This document shows positions 45,683 to 54,684 of a stretch of DNA of 64,000 nucleotides, piece after piece. Under the pieces are notes generated by a model that ran no database searches, was not told the DNA's origin, and was given only the letters and a program-made list of their open reading frames with translations. Source of the stretch: an uncultured Eubacteriales bacterium (GTDB taxonomy: Bacteria > Bacillota > Clostridia > Oscillospirales > CAG-272). The stretch's first letter is position 1. Each line of letters opens with the position of its first letter. The stretch spans positions 2,950 to 66,949 of the forward strand of contig CAKTAA010000003.1 in the NCBI GenBank assembly GCA_934526185.1. Reading direction: 5' to 3'. The translations under genes were made by a program, and so were the position numbers.

Positions 45683-46345
45683 TTAGCAACCGACATACGG
45701 CGGCTTCTTTTCCGGGGAAAGAACTTTTTTTACCGTTCTTTCCGATAAAGAATAGTACCGAAGCAAAAGACGGGCTGTGACCGTCGACAGCATTTCAAAA
45801 TCCACAGCTCGGTTCAGCGTCACCGACTGAACATGCACAGCGTCGCTGAGAACGGTAAACAGAAGCGAAAGCGCTTCGCGTTCTCCCCGCGGCAGCTCCC
45901 GTACACCGGCGAGCACGAGCAGCTCCGCAAAGGAAGCCGAGTAGAATTGATACAGCTCACACAGTCTTTGCCGGACATAGGAATCCTCCCGATCCTTTAC
46001 CAGCTTCCACAAATCGATGTAGACGGAAAGAATCTCGGGATGCGTACCGGAGCCCAATACAAAACCGCGGGCCAGATGCGCAAGTCTTTCGGAAGGTTCC
46101 GCAGTTTTTTTCATTTCCGTCCGCAGCGCCTCCACCCAACGTACTCCGGCCGCCGCCATGGTATCCATCAGCAGCTCCTTGTCGCCTTCCGGAAAAAGTT
46201 CTGCGAGAAGGTCGGAGCTCAGGCACGCTGCCCGCGAAAGATTTCCGAGTGTCAGACCGTCCGTTCCCCGCTCTCTCAGTATCTGCAATGCTATACGGGT
46301 TATTTTCTGTTTTCTGCTGTCCATCCGCCTCATAAAAGAATCCAT
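45683..46345 (-). CDS. TetR/AcrR-family transcriptional regulator
   Basis: N-terminal HTH ITRIALQILRERGTDGLTLGNLSRAACLSSDLLAELFP, with a helical C-terminal ligand-binding-type domain. ~220 aa. Confidence 0.7.
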   Translation of the reverse strand: MDSFMRRMDSRKQKITRIALQILRERGTDGLTLGNLSRAACLSSDLLAELFPEGDKELLMDTMAAAGVRWVEALRTEMKKTAEPSERLAHLARGFVLGSGTHPEILSVYIDLWKLVKDREDSYVRQRLCELYQFYSASFAELLVLAGVRELPRGEREALSLLFTVLSDAVHVQSVTLNRAVDFEMLSTVTARLLLRYYSLSERTVKKVLSPEKKPPYVGC

Positions 46346-46429
46346 ACCTATGCAAAGACCTCCTTTTTGTTAACCGGGCGTACTTGAAAATGCCTGTTTT
46401 TTAATATCCCGGACAAACTGCCCCCAAAA

Positions 46430-47350
46430 TCACGGTTCATTCGAATTGAATTCCCGTCCGCACATCCACCTGTCAAAAAAGCCGACGACAAGCGTATCAT
46501 ACGTCTTTCCCATCACAACGCGGTTTGTCAGATGATGCGCCTTTTCCACCGTTATCAGCTTCGCCGTTTTTGGGTTCAGAAGGCTGTGCGCGTACACGGC
46601 GTCCCTATAAGGTATAATGCGATCTGTTTTGCTGTGTATCAGCAGCGTCGGAAGCGCTCTCAGACGCTTCAATCTTTCAACGGTTCGCTTCTGCATCCTC
46701 GAAAATCCGGCAACATGCAGATACAGAAAGAGAAATACCCTTCTTTCAAGGGGATTTTCGACCTGTTTATTGTTCAGAACATATCTGAAATAATCCCGGA
46801 CGAAAATCATTGGACCGCTGTCCACGGCGACCGCGCGAAGCTCGGGCAGCTCGTCCGCCGCGCTGAAGGCAACGGTCGCTCCCATGGAAAACCCGATGGC
46901 ACCGTATGGCTCCGGCATGCCGATTTCCCTGATTCTTCGGACAAACCGCTTCATATCGTCCTCCAGAGAATAACGGATTCCCCGCCGGTCGCCGCTTCCG
47001 CCGTGATTGGGATAATCAAACGCCGCAACGGCGTACCCCGCTATCAGAAGCGGCTCTATATAGGAGTATACCGAGGTTTTGGAGCCTCCGAGATAATGAC
47101 AGGCAATGATCGTGCCCTTTGCCTCACCGCGCGGAAAATACTGAATGGCCGCCAGCGAAAGGCCGTCCCGCGAAAAAAAGCGGAAACTGCGCGTTCGATA
47201 AGGAATATTCCGTATTTCCGTCGGTGCGGCTCTTTTGGGATGGCTCGTTTCTTTTACCAGACGGTATCCCCGAACAGCGCTCCGTACAGCAAAAGCAAGC
47301 ATCCCCGCCGCGGCACACAGGACAGCCGTGTATAAAATTTTCTGGATCAT
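46430..47350 (-). CDS. Membrane-anchored alpha/beta hydrolase
   Basis: N-terminal TM ILYTAVLCAAAGMLAFAV, nucleophile elbow GFSMGATVA, oxyanion-region CHYLGGSK. Its ATG overlaps the upstream gene's stop as ATGA (47347-47350). Confidence 0.75.
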   Translation of the reverse strand: MIQKILYTAVLCAAAGMLAFAVRSAVRGYRLVKETSHPKRAAPTEIRNIPYRTRSFRFFSRDGLSLAAIQYFPRGEAKGTIIACHYLGGSKTSVYSYIEPLLIAGYAVAAFDYPNHGGSGDRRGIRYSLEDDMKRFVRRIREIGMPEPYGAIGFSMGATVAFSAADELPELRAVAVDSGPMIFVRDYFRYVLNNKQVENPLERRVFLFLYLHVAGFSRMQKRTVERLKRLRALPTLLIHSKTDRIIPYRDAVYAHSLLNPKTAKLITVEKAHHLTNRVVMGKTYDTLVVGFFDRWMCGREFNSNEP

Positions 47351-48903
47351 GACAGCACCACCCGTCTGATTGCATTGTTCGCATAATCCGCGATATATAG
47401 ATAATTTTTGTCGGCCGTCACGCCGGCGGGAATATGAAAGCAGGCTTCTCGCTCATTTTTCAGGCTGTCTGTATAGCCCGCTATTCCGCAGCCTGCTGCG
47501 GTTTCAACGATGTCTTTCTGTACATGCCAGCGCCGGATGCGGTGATTCAGGGCGTCCACGATATAGAGCCACTCCTCCGCGCTGTCCAGGCAAACCCAAT
47601 ATGGCCCGTTGAGATACGCATCCGCTCCTTTTCCGCCGTCTCCGCCGAAGCCCGCCTTTCCGCAGCCGCATACCGTTTGGATTTTGCCTCCGTCCGCCAG
47701 ATTCACGCGCCGGATACGGTTGTTACCGTAATCGGCGATATACAGCATATCGCCACTGCGTGACACGCATAAGCCGTACGGCCTGTCCAGCGCCGCCTGA
47801 CCGGCGTCTCCTCCGTCCCCGCTGAATCCGAATGCACCGCTGCCCGCAACGGTTTCTATCGTCCCCTCTTTGCTGATGCGGCGGACGACGTTGTTGCCGT
47901 AATCATTTATATATACATTTCCGACACAATCAGCCGCCACGCCTCCGGGCCTGTTCATTTTTGCACGCCGTGCTTCGCTGCCGTCACCGTCATAGCCGCT
48001 GATTCCGCTGCCCGCCAAAACGGAAGCCCGTCCGTCCCTGATTTGAAGGATTCTGTGATGTCCGGTATCCGCAATGTACATCACGCCGCTTCCGCCGATG
48101 CAGACACCGCTCGGCTTGCAAAGCGCCAGCTCCAGCGGATCCGGTCGGCATTCGCCCGCCTGAATCCCGTCTGTGAAACCTATCTCATTTAAGGTATTGC
48201 CGGCGGCTGTATACAGTTTTCCGCCGGTCACTCTGACAATTCTGTGATTTGAGCGGTCGGCAAAGAGCAGAGAACCGTCTCTGTCCACAGCCACGCCGTA
48301 CGGCTCCGATATTGCCGCCCCAAACGCCCGCTCGCCGTCCCTTCCCCTTCCTTTCAGGGATCCGCCGACAACGGTAGTGCATCTTCCCTCTCCGCAAAAA
48401 ACCGTTATTTTATCCGGTTCCGCATATACAATTCGATTTCTACCCATTTTTTTCGCATTGAAAAGAGCGATCTCCGTATGTTTCAGCAAGGTAAACAAGT
48501 CCGCAGCCTGATGGCTGCCGGCCACCCCCATACTGAAGGTTATCCGAACCTTTTCGTACGGGTATGCGCCGACAAATCTGGTGCGGCGCCATTCCTCACG
48601 CAAATTTTCAAGCCGTCGGCGGACCTCTTCCTGCTCTGTCTCCCAAAGGAGAAGCAGAAATTCATCTTCTCCGCTGTACGCAGCCGATAAACCATGGATT
48701 CCGGCAAGAAAGGCAGCCATGTGCCGCAGCGTCAGGTCTCCCTGTTCCGCCCCGATTTTTTCATTCAGATTTGCAAAAAAATCAACATCCAGCAGAGCCG
48801 CCGTCATTCTTTTTTTGCCGGTGTATCCGCTCCGTATCCGTCTCTCAATCTCTTCCCGCGTCAAAATACCCGGAATAGATATTTTTCTTTCATTTTCCGG
48901 CAT
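47347..48903 (-). CDS. Degenerate GGDEF domain fused to NHL-repeat beta-propeller (paralog 2)
   Basis: LLDVDFFANLNEKIGAEQGDLTL ... YSGEDEFLLLL ... NAKKMGRN, then NHL blades (LLFADRSNHRIVRV, MYIADTGHHRILQI, VYINDYGNNVVRRI, LYIADYGNNRIRRV, LYIVDALNHRIRRW, LYIADYANNAIRRV). Start preferred at ATG 48903 (AAAGGA 7 nt upstream); the ORF extends to 48972. Confidence 0.7.
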   Translation of the reverse strand: MPENERKISIPGILTREEIERRIRSGYTGKKRMTAALLDVDFFANLNEKIGAEQGDLTLRHMAAFLAGIHGLSAAYSGEDEFLLLLWETEQEEVRRRLENLREEWRRTRFVGAYPYEKVRITFSMGVAGSHQAADLFTLLKHTEIALFNAKKMGRNRIVYAEPDKITVFCGEGRCTTVVGGSLKGRGRDGERAFGAAISEPYGVAVDRDGSLLFADRSNHRIVRVTGGKLYTAAGNTLNEIGFTDGIQAGECRPDPLELALCKPSGVCIGGSGVMYIADTGHHRILQIRDGRASVLAGSGISGYDGDGSEARRAKMNRPGGVAADCVGNVYINDYGNNVVRRISKEGTIETVAGSGAFGFSGDGGDAGQAALDRPYGLCVSRSGDMLYIADYGNNRIRRVNLADGGKIQTVCGCGKAGFGGDGGKGADAYLNGPYWVCLDSAEEWLYIVDALNHRIRRWHVQKDIVETAAGCGIAGYTDSLKNEREACFHIPAGVTADKNYLYIADYANNAIRRVVLS

Positions 48904-48978
48904 GCATCTATCCTTTCCGCCATCCCCGCAGAACAGCATGTGAATACAGTCAGGCACTTCATCATTCGGCATGTCCTC

Positions 48979-49734
48979 TCACAGCAGGCGCAGATTTTCA
49001 AGCCTGCGCATCATATCCGGATCCCTCACCGTACGGAGCAGACTCCAGGCGGAAAATTTTACTGGAATGTCCCTGTTTACAATTTTTTTTGTATTTTTAA
49101 GCGTTTCCGCCGAAAGCTCGCTCAGCCTGTCGGCAAGCAGAAGTGCCTGTTCCGCCGCCTTTGCCGTGCCGGAAATCCTGCCGGTTATTCCCATACGGCT
49201 GGCCTCCTCCGCAGAGATTCGTTCGTTGGTCAGGCAGATTCTCTTTGCGGCCGCAGCTCCGCAGGACCGGCTGATAAGTGTCAGCGTACCGTCCCCCATC
49301 AGACCGCCGTACTGCGGATCCGGCAGCCAGAGCCATGTGTCGGGCGATGCCGTCCGAAAATCACATGCCATGGCAATGGATACTGCCGAACCGATGACTG
49401 CGCCGGAAAGGGCAGCGATATAAATTTTACGGCTTTTCAGAATCGCCTTTATCAGACGATGAACCGATCTGACCGCCAGAAACACTTCTCTGCGGCATGA
49501 AAAACCGGCAGCAAGCGAACGCAAATCCAGACCGGAGGAAAAAATATCGGGAAGTCCGCTTTCCAGCACGACGCAGGAGATACAGCTCTCCCGCTCGGCT
49601 TCCAGCAGTAAGCGGCGAAGCGTCTCCAAAAAGGAGCGGTCAAACGCATTTGCTGGCAGGCGCCGCCACGTCAGTATCCGAACACGGCCCCGGGTTATTT
49701 TTTCTATTACCTTTTCGTCCATATCGATGACCAT
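48979..49734 (-). CDS. Enoyl-CoA hydratase/isomerase (crotonase) family protein
   Basis: RRLPANAFD, VVLESGLPDIFSSGLDL and GAVIGSAVSIAMACDFR fit the crotonase oxyanion-hole pattern. The ATG at 49734 (or 49722) gives the usual N-terminal length; the ORF track extends to a GTG at 49845. Confidence 0.65.
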   Translation of the reverse strand: MVIDMDEKVIEKITRGRVRILTWRRLPANAFDRSFLETLRRLLLEAERESCISCVVLESGLPDIFSSGLDLRSLAAGFSCRREVFLAVRSVHRLIKAILKSRKIYIAALSGAVIGSAVSIAMACDFRTASPDTWLWLPDPQYGGLMGDGTLTLISRSCGAAAAKRICLTNERISAEEASRMGITGRISGTAKAAEQALLLADRLSELSAETLKNTKKIVNRDIPVKFSAWSLLRTVRDPDMMRRLENLRLL

Positions 49735-49987
49735 AGCTTTCGCTTTGCGAAAGCTTCCTTTCCTGAGGAATCGGGACATGCTTGGCGGTTCAAATTCGCC
49801 AAACGCTTGTGAGAGTTTTATATAATCAAGCTTCGTGTTCTTCACTTTTTAAGGAGCAGTATTCCGTCATACGGCGTCATGAAAACCGGACGCCGCCGGA
49901 TACTGTTTTACCGATTTTTCAAACGGACGGACAACCGTTCCGGATGGTACTGACGCCTCAGATTCCGCAGAATCTTCACCGTATCCG

Positions 49988-51142
49988 TTACAGCATTTCT
50001 CCCCCTGTCTCCCCGGCTTTTCTGCGTCCGCATTTTTCGATGAAGCGAAGCAGCGGTGTTTCATCAAAGGTTCCGGAAACGACATCTGCCGCGGCATGAA
50101 AAACCGGCAGCCCGGCGGTTTGAAGACGTCTGCGCATACCGGCCGCAGTACGCGGCAGAAAGGAACACCGCCGTTGAAGAAAATTGACCGCCGCACCCGC
50201 CCCGCTCTGTTTGATGACGGCAAGAATTCTTTCTTCGCGCCTTTCCTGACGATAAAAAATATTTTCTGTAACCGTTCGGGCCAAATCCTCATAAAACGCG
50301 GAGGCCGATATCTGTCCGCCGCCGAACATCCACATTTCCTCGAACACAAAGGCGCAGCCTGTTTTACTTTCAAGCCGGCGGAGAAGATTGTTGTCATACA
50401 GCGGCACAAGCCCCATCCAGAACAGGCGGTTGTCTCCGCAGGCATGCCTCCGCGGCCGGTCCCCCGCCTCCTGATTCAACGCCTGCATCACACAGAGCGC
50501 AGACGGACGACCGAGATCGTTTTCCACACAGAAAAGCTTCAGGCATAGACCACCCGGCAGAACACCCGGCTGCCGGAGGCGCCGCGCGTCAATATCTCTT
50601 TTCAGGCCGAGCGCACGGTTATAGAAGCCGGCAGTTTCTGACACCCCCTGCCGCTGCCCGAATCGGCGAAGCAGCCACTCTCCCAGCCCGCGCAGCTCGT
50701 CGGCTGACGGATTCCCGGAAACAACAAAAAGCGGTATACCATATTTTTTGTGCAGCGCCTTGCACAGCTCAACCGCTCCCGTACACGGATACTCCGTCGC
50801 TGCTTCAGCCGACGGTTTTGGGAGCAGTCCGGCTTCAATCAGGGAAAAAAAGGCTTGCTGGTAGGAGCAGGTTCCGTCTGGGAGCAGAGCATCCGAGTTA
50901 CTGGGAATCAGACGCGCACCGGCACAAAGTCCTACGATTCTGTCGATATAAAGCACTTCCGCATCGACAAGCGCCGTAAGCGCAGACGGTATGTAATAGG
51001 TACACAATACATACGGACGCCCTTCGTAAATTTTCAGCAGCGTGTCTCTCTGTGACGCAAGGTAAACGGCCAGTGCACAGCCTTCCCCTGCCGCCGTGGC
51101 GTATCTGAGCATCATTTCCAGTCGCGTAAGAAGCTTATCCAT
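49988..51142 (-). CDS. 2-hydroxyacyl-CoA dehydratase (HGD-D) family subunit
   Basis: 384 aa. General HGD-D/BcrC-type pattern (Cys-containing blocks, YIPSALTALVDAEVLYID). Overlaps the activase gene by 8 nt. Confidence 0.65.
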   Translation of the reverse strand: MDKLLTRLEMMLRYATAAGEGCALAVYLASQRDTLLKIYEGRPYVLCTYYIPSALTALVDAEVLYIDRIVGLCAGARLIPSNSDALLPDGTCSYQQAFFSLIEAGLLPKPSAEAATEYPCTGAVELCKALHKKYGIPLFVVSGNPSADELRGLGEWLLRRFGQRQGVSETAGFYNRALGLKRDIDARRLRQPGVLPGGLCLKLFCVENDLGRPSALCVMQALNQEAGDRPRRHACGDNRLFWMGLVPLYDNNLLRRLESKTGCAFVFEEMWMFGGGQISASAFYEDLARTVTENIFYRQERREERILAVIKQSGAGAAVNFLQRRCSFLPRTAAGMRRRLQTAGLPVFHAAADVVSGTFDETPLLRFIEKCGRRKAGETGGEML

Positions 51143-51905
51143 AGCGCACCGCCATCACCGCCGCGCCCAGTGCCCCCGTTATCTGCGGCTCAAAGGGTAT
51201 TTTCAGTGCCGGATATTTTTTGCAAAAGCAGTCGGCAACCGCGCCGTTTTTGGCCACGCCTCCCGTAAGCACCAAAGTGCAGCCGTCCGGAATGTTTCCG
51301 GCCAGTGCGAGAATGCGCCCTGCTATGGACTGACAGATTCCCGCAGCAATATCCTCGCGTCCGACACCCTTCGAGATGCCGGAGATTACCTCGCTCTCCG
51401 CAAATACCGTACAGGTACTGCTGATCGGATATGGCTTTTCCGCCCGCCTCGCACATTCGGAAAAAGCGTCAAGATCCATCTTCATCACGCCGGCCATCAC
51501 TTCAAGAAAGCGCCCTGTCCCTGCCGCACACCGATCGTTCATGGCAAAGCTTTTAACTGTTCCGTCGTCAGACAGCCGAATAACCTTGCTGTCCTGTCCC
51601 CCGATATCGATAATGCACCCAGCATTCGGAAACAGGTACCGGACGCCCGCCGCATGACAGGTAATTTCCGTCAAACTGCGGGCGCCTTCAATATTGCCTC
51701 GGCCGTATCCGGTTCCGACAGTACCGCCTATCTCCCGCTCATCCACCCCTGCCCGTTCGCAAAGGCGGCGCGTAAGCTCACGCGCAGTCTGCGCATGGCT
51801 GTATCCGCTTGATTGTGTGAGATAGGATACAGGACGCCCCGCACTGTCCGTCAATACGGCATTTGCGGAAACGGAACCAATATCGATTCCCAAATAGTAC
51901 TTCAT
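51135..51905 (-). CDS. Acyl-CoA dehydratase activase (BcrAD/BadFG/HgdC-type ATPase)
   Basis: YLGIDIGSVSANAVL (ASKHA phosphate-1), NDRCAAGTGRFLEVMA (cluster-bridging Cys region), LTGGVAKN. 256 aa as for HgdC/HadI. Confidence 0.85.
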   Translation of the reverse strand: MKYYLGIDIGSVSANAVLTDSAGRPVSYLTQSSGYSHAQTARELTRRLCERAGVDEREIGGTVGTGYGRGNIEGARSLTEITCHAAGVRYLFPNAGCIIDIGGQDSKVIRLSDDGTVKSFAMNDRCAAGTGRFLEVMAGVMKMDLDAFSECARRAEKPYPISSTCTVFAESEVISGISKGVGREDIAAGICQSIAGRILALAGNIPDGCTLVLTGGVAKNGAVADCFCKKYPALKIPFEPQITGALGAAVMAVRYG

Positions 51906-53104
51906 AACCGATTCTCCAGACTTTCTGAAAATGCGTCCATGCGGAGCTTCATCTGCTGTGCCGAAACGCCTCCCGGATCGATGCAGTCGCCGTACAGCTC
52001 AAGACAGGGCAAGCCCTGCCGTACGCAAAGCTCTTTCAGTTCCCATGCCGCGCCCGGTATGGCACGGCATCCCTGATGCATGAAGATGACTGCGGCCTCT
52101 ATGTTCATCTCGCGTATGATTTTATTGTAAAGCGTCGGTTTGCCGCCTGAATGACCGAGAAGAAAGTGTGACATTACCTTCTGTGCAATTGAAGAGAGCG
52201 GACGCCTCTCGTCAAGCGGCTCCCAATAGATATATCCGGTCATGTCAAATGCGACGGCACATTTGAGCGTCTGCTCAAAATATCGGAGAAGCTCCCCCGA
52301 AAACAGCGGTGCGAAGTGTACCCACAGCAGTCTGTGGTACTTTCCGGGCATCGGCACCCGGCTCTCCAGCTCCTCCCTGTACGCCCGCGCAATACGGGCT
52401 CCTTCGGCGGAACCAAGCAGAAAGGTCAAGCCGAACAGATTGCGCAGCGCCAAATTGCCGCAAAAAAGAAGATTTTGGCTCCGCATACAGTTTGCGCGTA
52501 CAAGCTCGTCTCTCGCTTCGTTTGAAAGATGCACGGCTTCCTCCAGCTCCGCGCGTCCAAAGCTCCTGCCCATTCTTCTCAGAAAAAAGCCGCACAGCTT
52601 CGCAAGCCTTTTCCGCATCAGCCGTCTGTTCTCCGGCGTATCAAGATACGGCACTTCCAAGAGAAACACCTCGGTTCCGTGCCGCTCCCGCAGATACCGC
52701 GCCATCGCTGTTCCGCCGTCACATATATGCGAGGAAAGAACCGCCGTTTTCGGCGGAGGCAGCATGCCGCTCTCCAGAGCCCCTATCACCGCCTTGTGAT
52801 AGGAGCAGACACCCACAGGAAACCCCGCTGAGTGCGCGTATGCAATCTGACCGGCAGCCAGCCCCAGCGTCGACATCCAGCCCGACATAAGCTCTATGTG
52901 AACAGGAATGCATCCGGCGGCATACAGCAGCTCTGTCGGCATGACCATATTGGTCCAAACAACGGACTCCGTTTTTTTCCACACCGTGTCGGAAAACAGT
53001 CTGCTCTGATAGCTGACGAGCAGGCGCGCGGCATTCAGCTCCATCTGTGCGGAGGCGCCTCCCGCCAGCCGCATCCGCTGTCTCCATATTTCTGCGGTCG
53101 TCAC
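51902..53104 (-). CDS. 2-hydroxyacyl-CoA dehydratase (HGD-D) family subunit
   Basis: VVWTNMVMPTELLYAAGCIPV and later Cys blocks are typical of HgdA/HadB-like subunits. Likely GTG start at 53104 (AAGAGGA 5 nt upstream); the ORF extends to 53182. The stop overlaps the activase start as ATGA. Confidence 0.65.
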   Translation of the reverse strand: MTTAEIWRQRMRLAGGASAQMELNAARLLVSYQSRLFSDTVWKKTESVVWTNMVMPTELLYAAGCIPVHIELMSGWMSTLGLAAGQIAYAHSAGFPVGVCSYHKAVIGALESGMLPPPKTAVLSSHICDGGTAMARYLRERHGTEVFLLEVPYLDTPENRRLMRKRLAKLCGFFLRRMGRSFGRAELEEAVHLSNEARDELVRANCMRSQNLLFCGNLALRNLFGLTFLLGSAEGARIARAYREELESRVPMPGKYHRLLWVHFAPLFSGELLRYFEQTLKCAVAFDMTGYIYWEPLDERRPLSSIAQKVMSHFLLGHSGGKPTLYNKIIREMNIEAAVIFMHQGCRAIPGAAWELKELCVRQGLPCLELYGDCIDPGGVSAQQMKLRMDAFSESLENRL

Positions 53105-53284
53105 AACAGTCCTCTTTCTCCGGTTTCTCCGGCATTTTTTCCCGGTTGTATGTATGCAGCGTTTTGATCGTCCGGCAAACATCCAAGGCGGATAATTTTT
53201 GAAGCTTGTCTGTCCGAGCTTTTGCAGAAACGGCAGCTCTTTTTACAGCAGCAATTTATGCCCGGCTTTCTGCGATTTGAGCTT

Positions 53285-54253
53285 TTACGGCATCCCGCCG
53301 AATCGCAGACATTCCGCAAAGGCCTCCAGACGGAGACGGCTGTGTGCAGATATCCTCTGCGGAAACGACTCCTCCAGCACCAAAAGTCTTTTTTCCTCGT
53401 TTTCACACAGCCGTGCGACAGCGGGTGCGGAAAACATACTGAAATCACAGTGTCTGGACACAATACAAATGACAGCCCGGGCATTCCGGATTAGCTCTCT
53501 TGCGTACGCTTCATAAAAAAGCATCCGCGGGCAAGCGGGAGCTCTCCCGCCGTTCAGAACTGCGTCGCCGCGGTTCGTTTGAAAGCAGGTATTGAAAGCA
53601 AGCGTCTCTTCTCCGAAAAGCTTCCGCATCTCCTCCGCATAATTCTGCGGAAGAGCGGAGGCCAGCACGAGAATTTCTTTTCCGGAAAGCTTTTCGCCGC
53701 GGTTTTCGCAGGAAAAAAAACTGTACAGGCTCTGGTCCCCCGATATCCGGACACGAAAGGTTACCCGCTCCTTAGGCTGAATACCTTCTGCCGCACCCAC
53801 AGGTCTTTGCGTTTTTCTAATCAGCAAACGCGGCTGTTTCCTGCATACTGTACCGTAATTTTCCGCCGTGCGGGGCGTGCGGCCGCCCGGCGTAGCTACG
53901 GAAAGCTCCTGTGGGATTCCGAATCTGCTCGCCAGAGAGTCAAACATTTCGGATGCATTTGTCATCGACGCGTCATAGCCGGATACCTCCAGCATAAAAA
54001 TAAAGATATCCGGAGCCAGCAGGCGGATTCTGTCATACAGCCGCTGGCTCCCGCTGCAGCAGTTGGTCAGAAGGACGCCGTCATATGCCGTAAAGTCAAT
54101 TTTTTCGCCGTGGAGAACATAACCGCACAGATTCTGGGGAAATACGCCGTACTCCCGTCCCTCCGCGGCGTCAGAGGCGCAGATCATTTCGTATCCCATG
54201 CGGCGCAGCGTCCCGTGAGGGACAAAGGAGCAGAAATATAACAGTTTTGGCAT
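53285..54253 (-). CDS. HGD-D-family-related protein (third, shorter subunit)
   Basis: 322 aa. MPKLLYFCSFVPHGTLRRMGYE and LLTNCCSGSQRLYD resemble the N-terminal and Cys motifs of HGD-D proteins. GAGAGGA RBS. The assignment is tentative. Confidence 0.45.
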   Translation of the reverse strand: MPKLLYFCSFVPHGTLRRMGYEMICASDAAEGREYGVFPQNLCGYVLHGEKIDFTAYDGVLLTNCCSGSQRLYDRIRLLAPDIFIFMLEVSGYDASMTNASEMFDSLASRFGIPQELSVATPGGRTPRTAENYGTVCRKQPRLLIRKTQRPVGAAEGIQPKERVTFRVRISGDQSLYSFFSCENRGEKLSGKEILVLASALPQNYAEEMRKLFGEETLAFNTCFQTNRGDAVLNGGRAPACPRMLFYEAYARELIRNARAVICIVSRHCDFSMFSAPAVARLCENEEKRLLVLEESFPQRISAHSRLRLEAFAECLRFGGMP

Positions 54254-54470
54254 CGGCGTTTTCCTCTCATTAAAATTTCACTTACGGAGCTGTCTCTTGT
54301 GTTTCTGCGCTTTCTGATAAAGTCCGCATTTCCCTGTTTAAAATCAGGTTGAAAAATGATGCTGCCAATGGTATACCGTACATAGCAGACTAAACGGCTG
54401 AACTTCAAGATGAGGAAATCTCACGCCGAATGATGTGAAATTTCCGTTCGTATAGAAGCAGGACTGGTCC

Positions 54471-54577
54471 GACGCAGCGTTTCTCGCCGCGTAAGTCAGT
54501 ACAGGTTTCAATCATGTTCAAGTTTTGCGACCGAAGGGGAGCAAAATCTTGTAGACGCAGCGTTTCTCGCTGCGTAA
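54471..54577 (+). repeat. Two copies of a 24-nt hairpin-forming direct repeat
   Basis: GACGCAGCGTTTCTCGCCGCGTAA (54471-54494) and GACGCAGCGTTTCTCGCTGCGTAA (54554-54577), 83 nt apart start to start. Each folds as ACGCAGCG-TTTCT-CGCTGCGT; copy 1 has one mismatch. Confidence 0.6.
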
Positions 54578-54684
54578 ACGTTCAGTCAAAATCCGCAACG
54601 GAAAGAAATGAAAAATACAGTACACGGGAAATTGGTAGGGTTATCGTACAGCAGCCCTCAAAAATACGGAGGATATACAGTCTC

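Noticed and set aside
42652-48903. GGDEF-domain proteins as part of a cyclic-nucleotide anti-phage defence system
   Set aside because: No effector (nuclease, TIR, patatin, or TM pore with a nucleotide sensor) and no typical defence-island neighbours are present. The genes are embedded in and translationally coupled to biosynthetic genes.
48694-49500. 268-aa plus-strand ORF, and similar long antisense ORFs across the cluster (43874-44500, 44915-45514, 46532-47335, 51096-51812, 53579-54241, 61480-62052)
   Set aside because: All lie antisense to motif-supported minus-strand genes. They show Arg/Ser/Pro-rich shadow composition and lack RBSs.
49735-49845. GTG-initiated 37-aa N-terminal extension of the crotonase gene
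   Set aside because: The extension has no counterpart in crotonase-family N-termini. It contains a perfect hairpin (AGCTTTCGC-AAA-GCGAAAGCT) just before the internal ATG. The true start remains uncertain.
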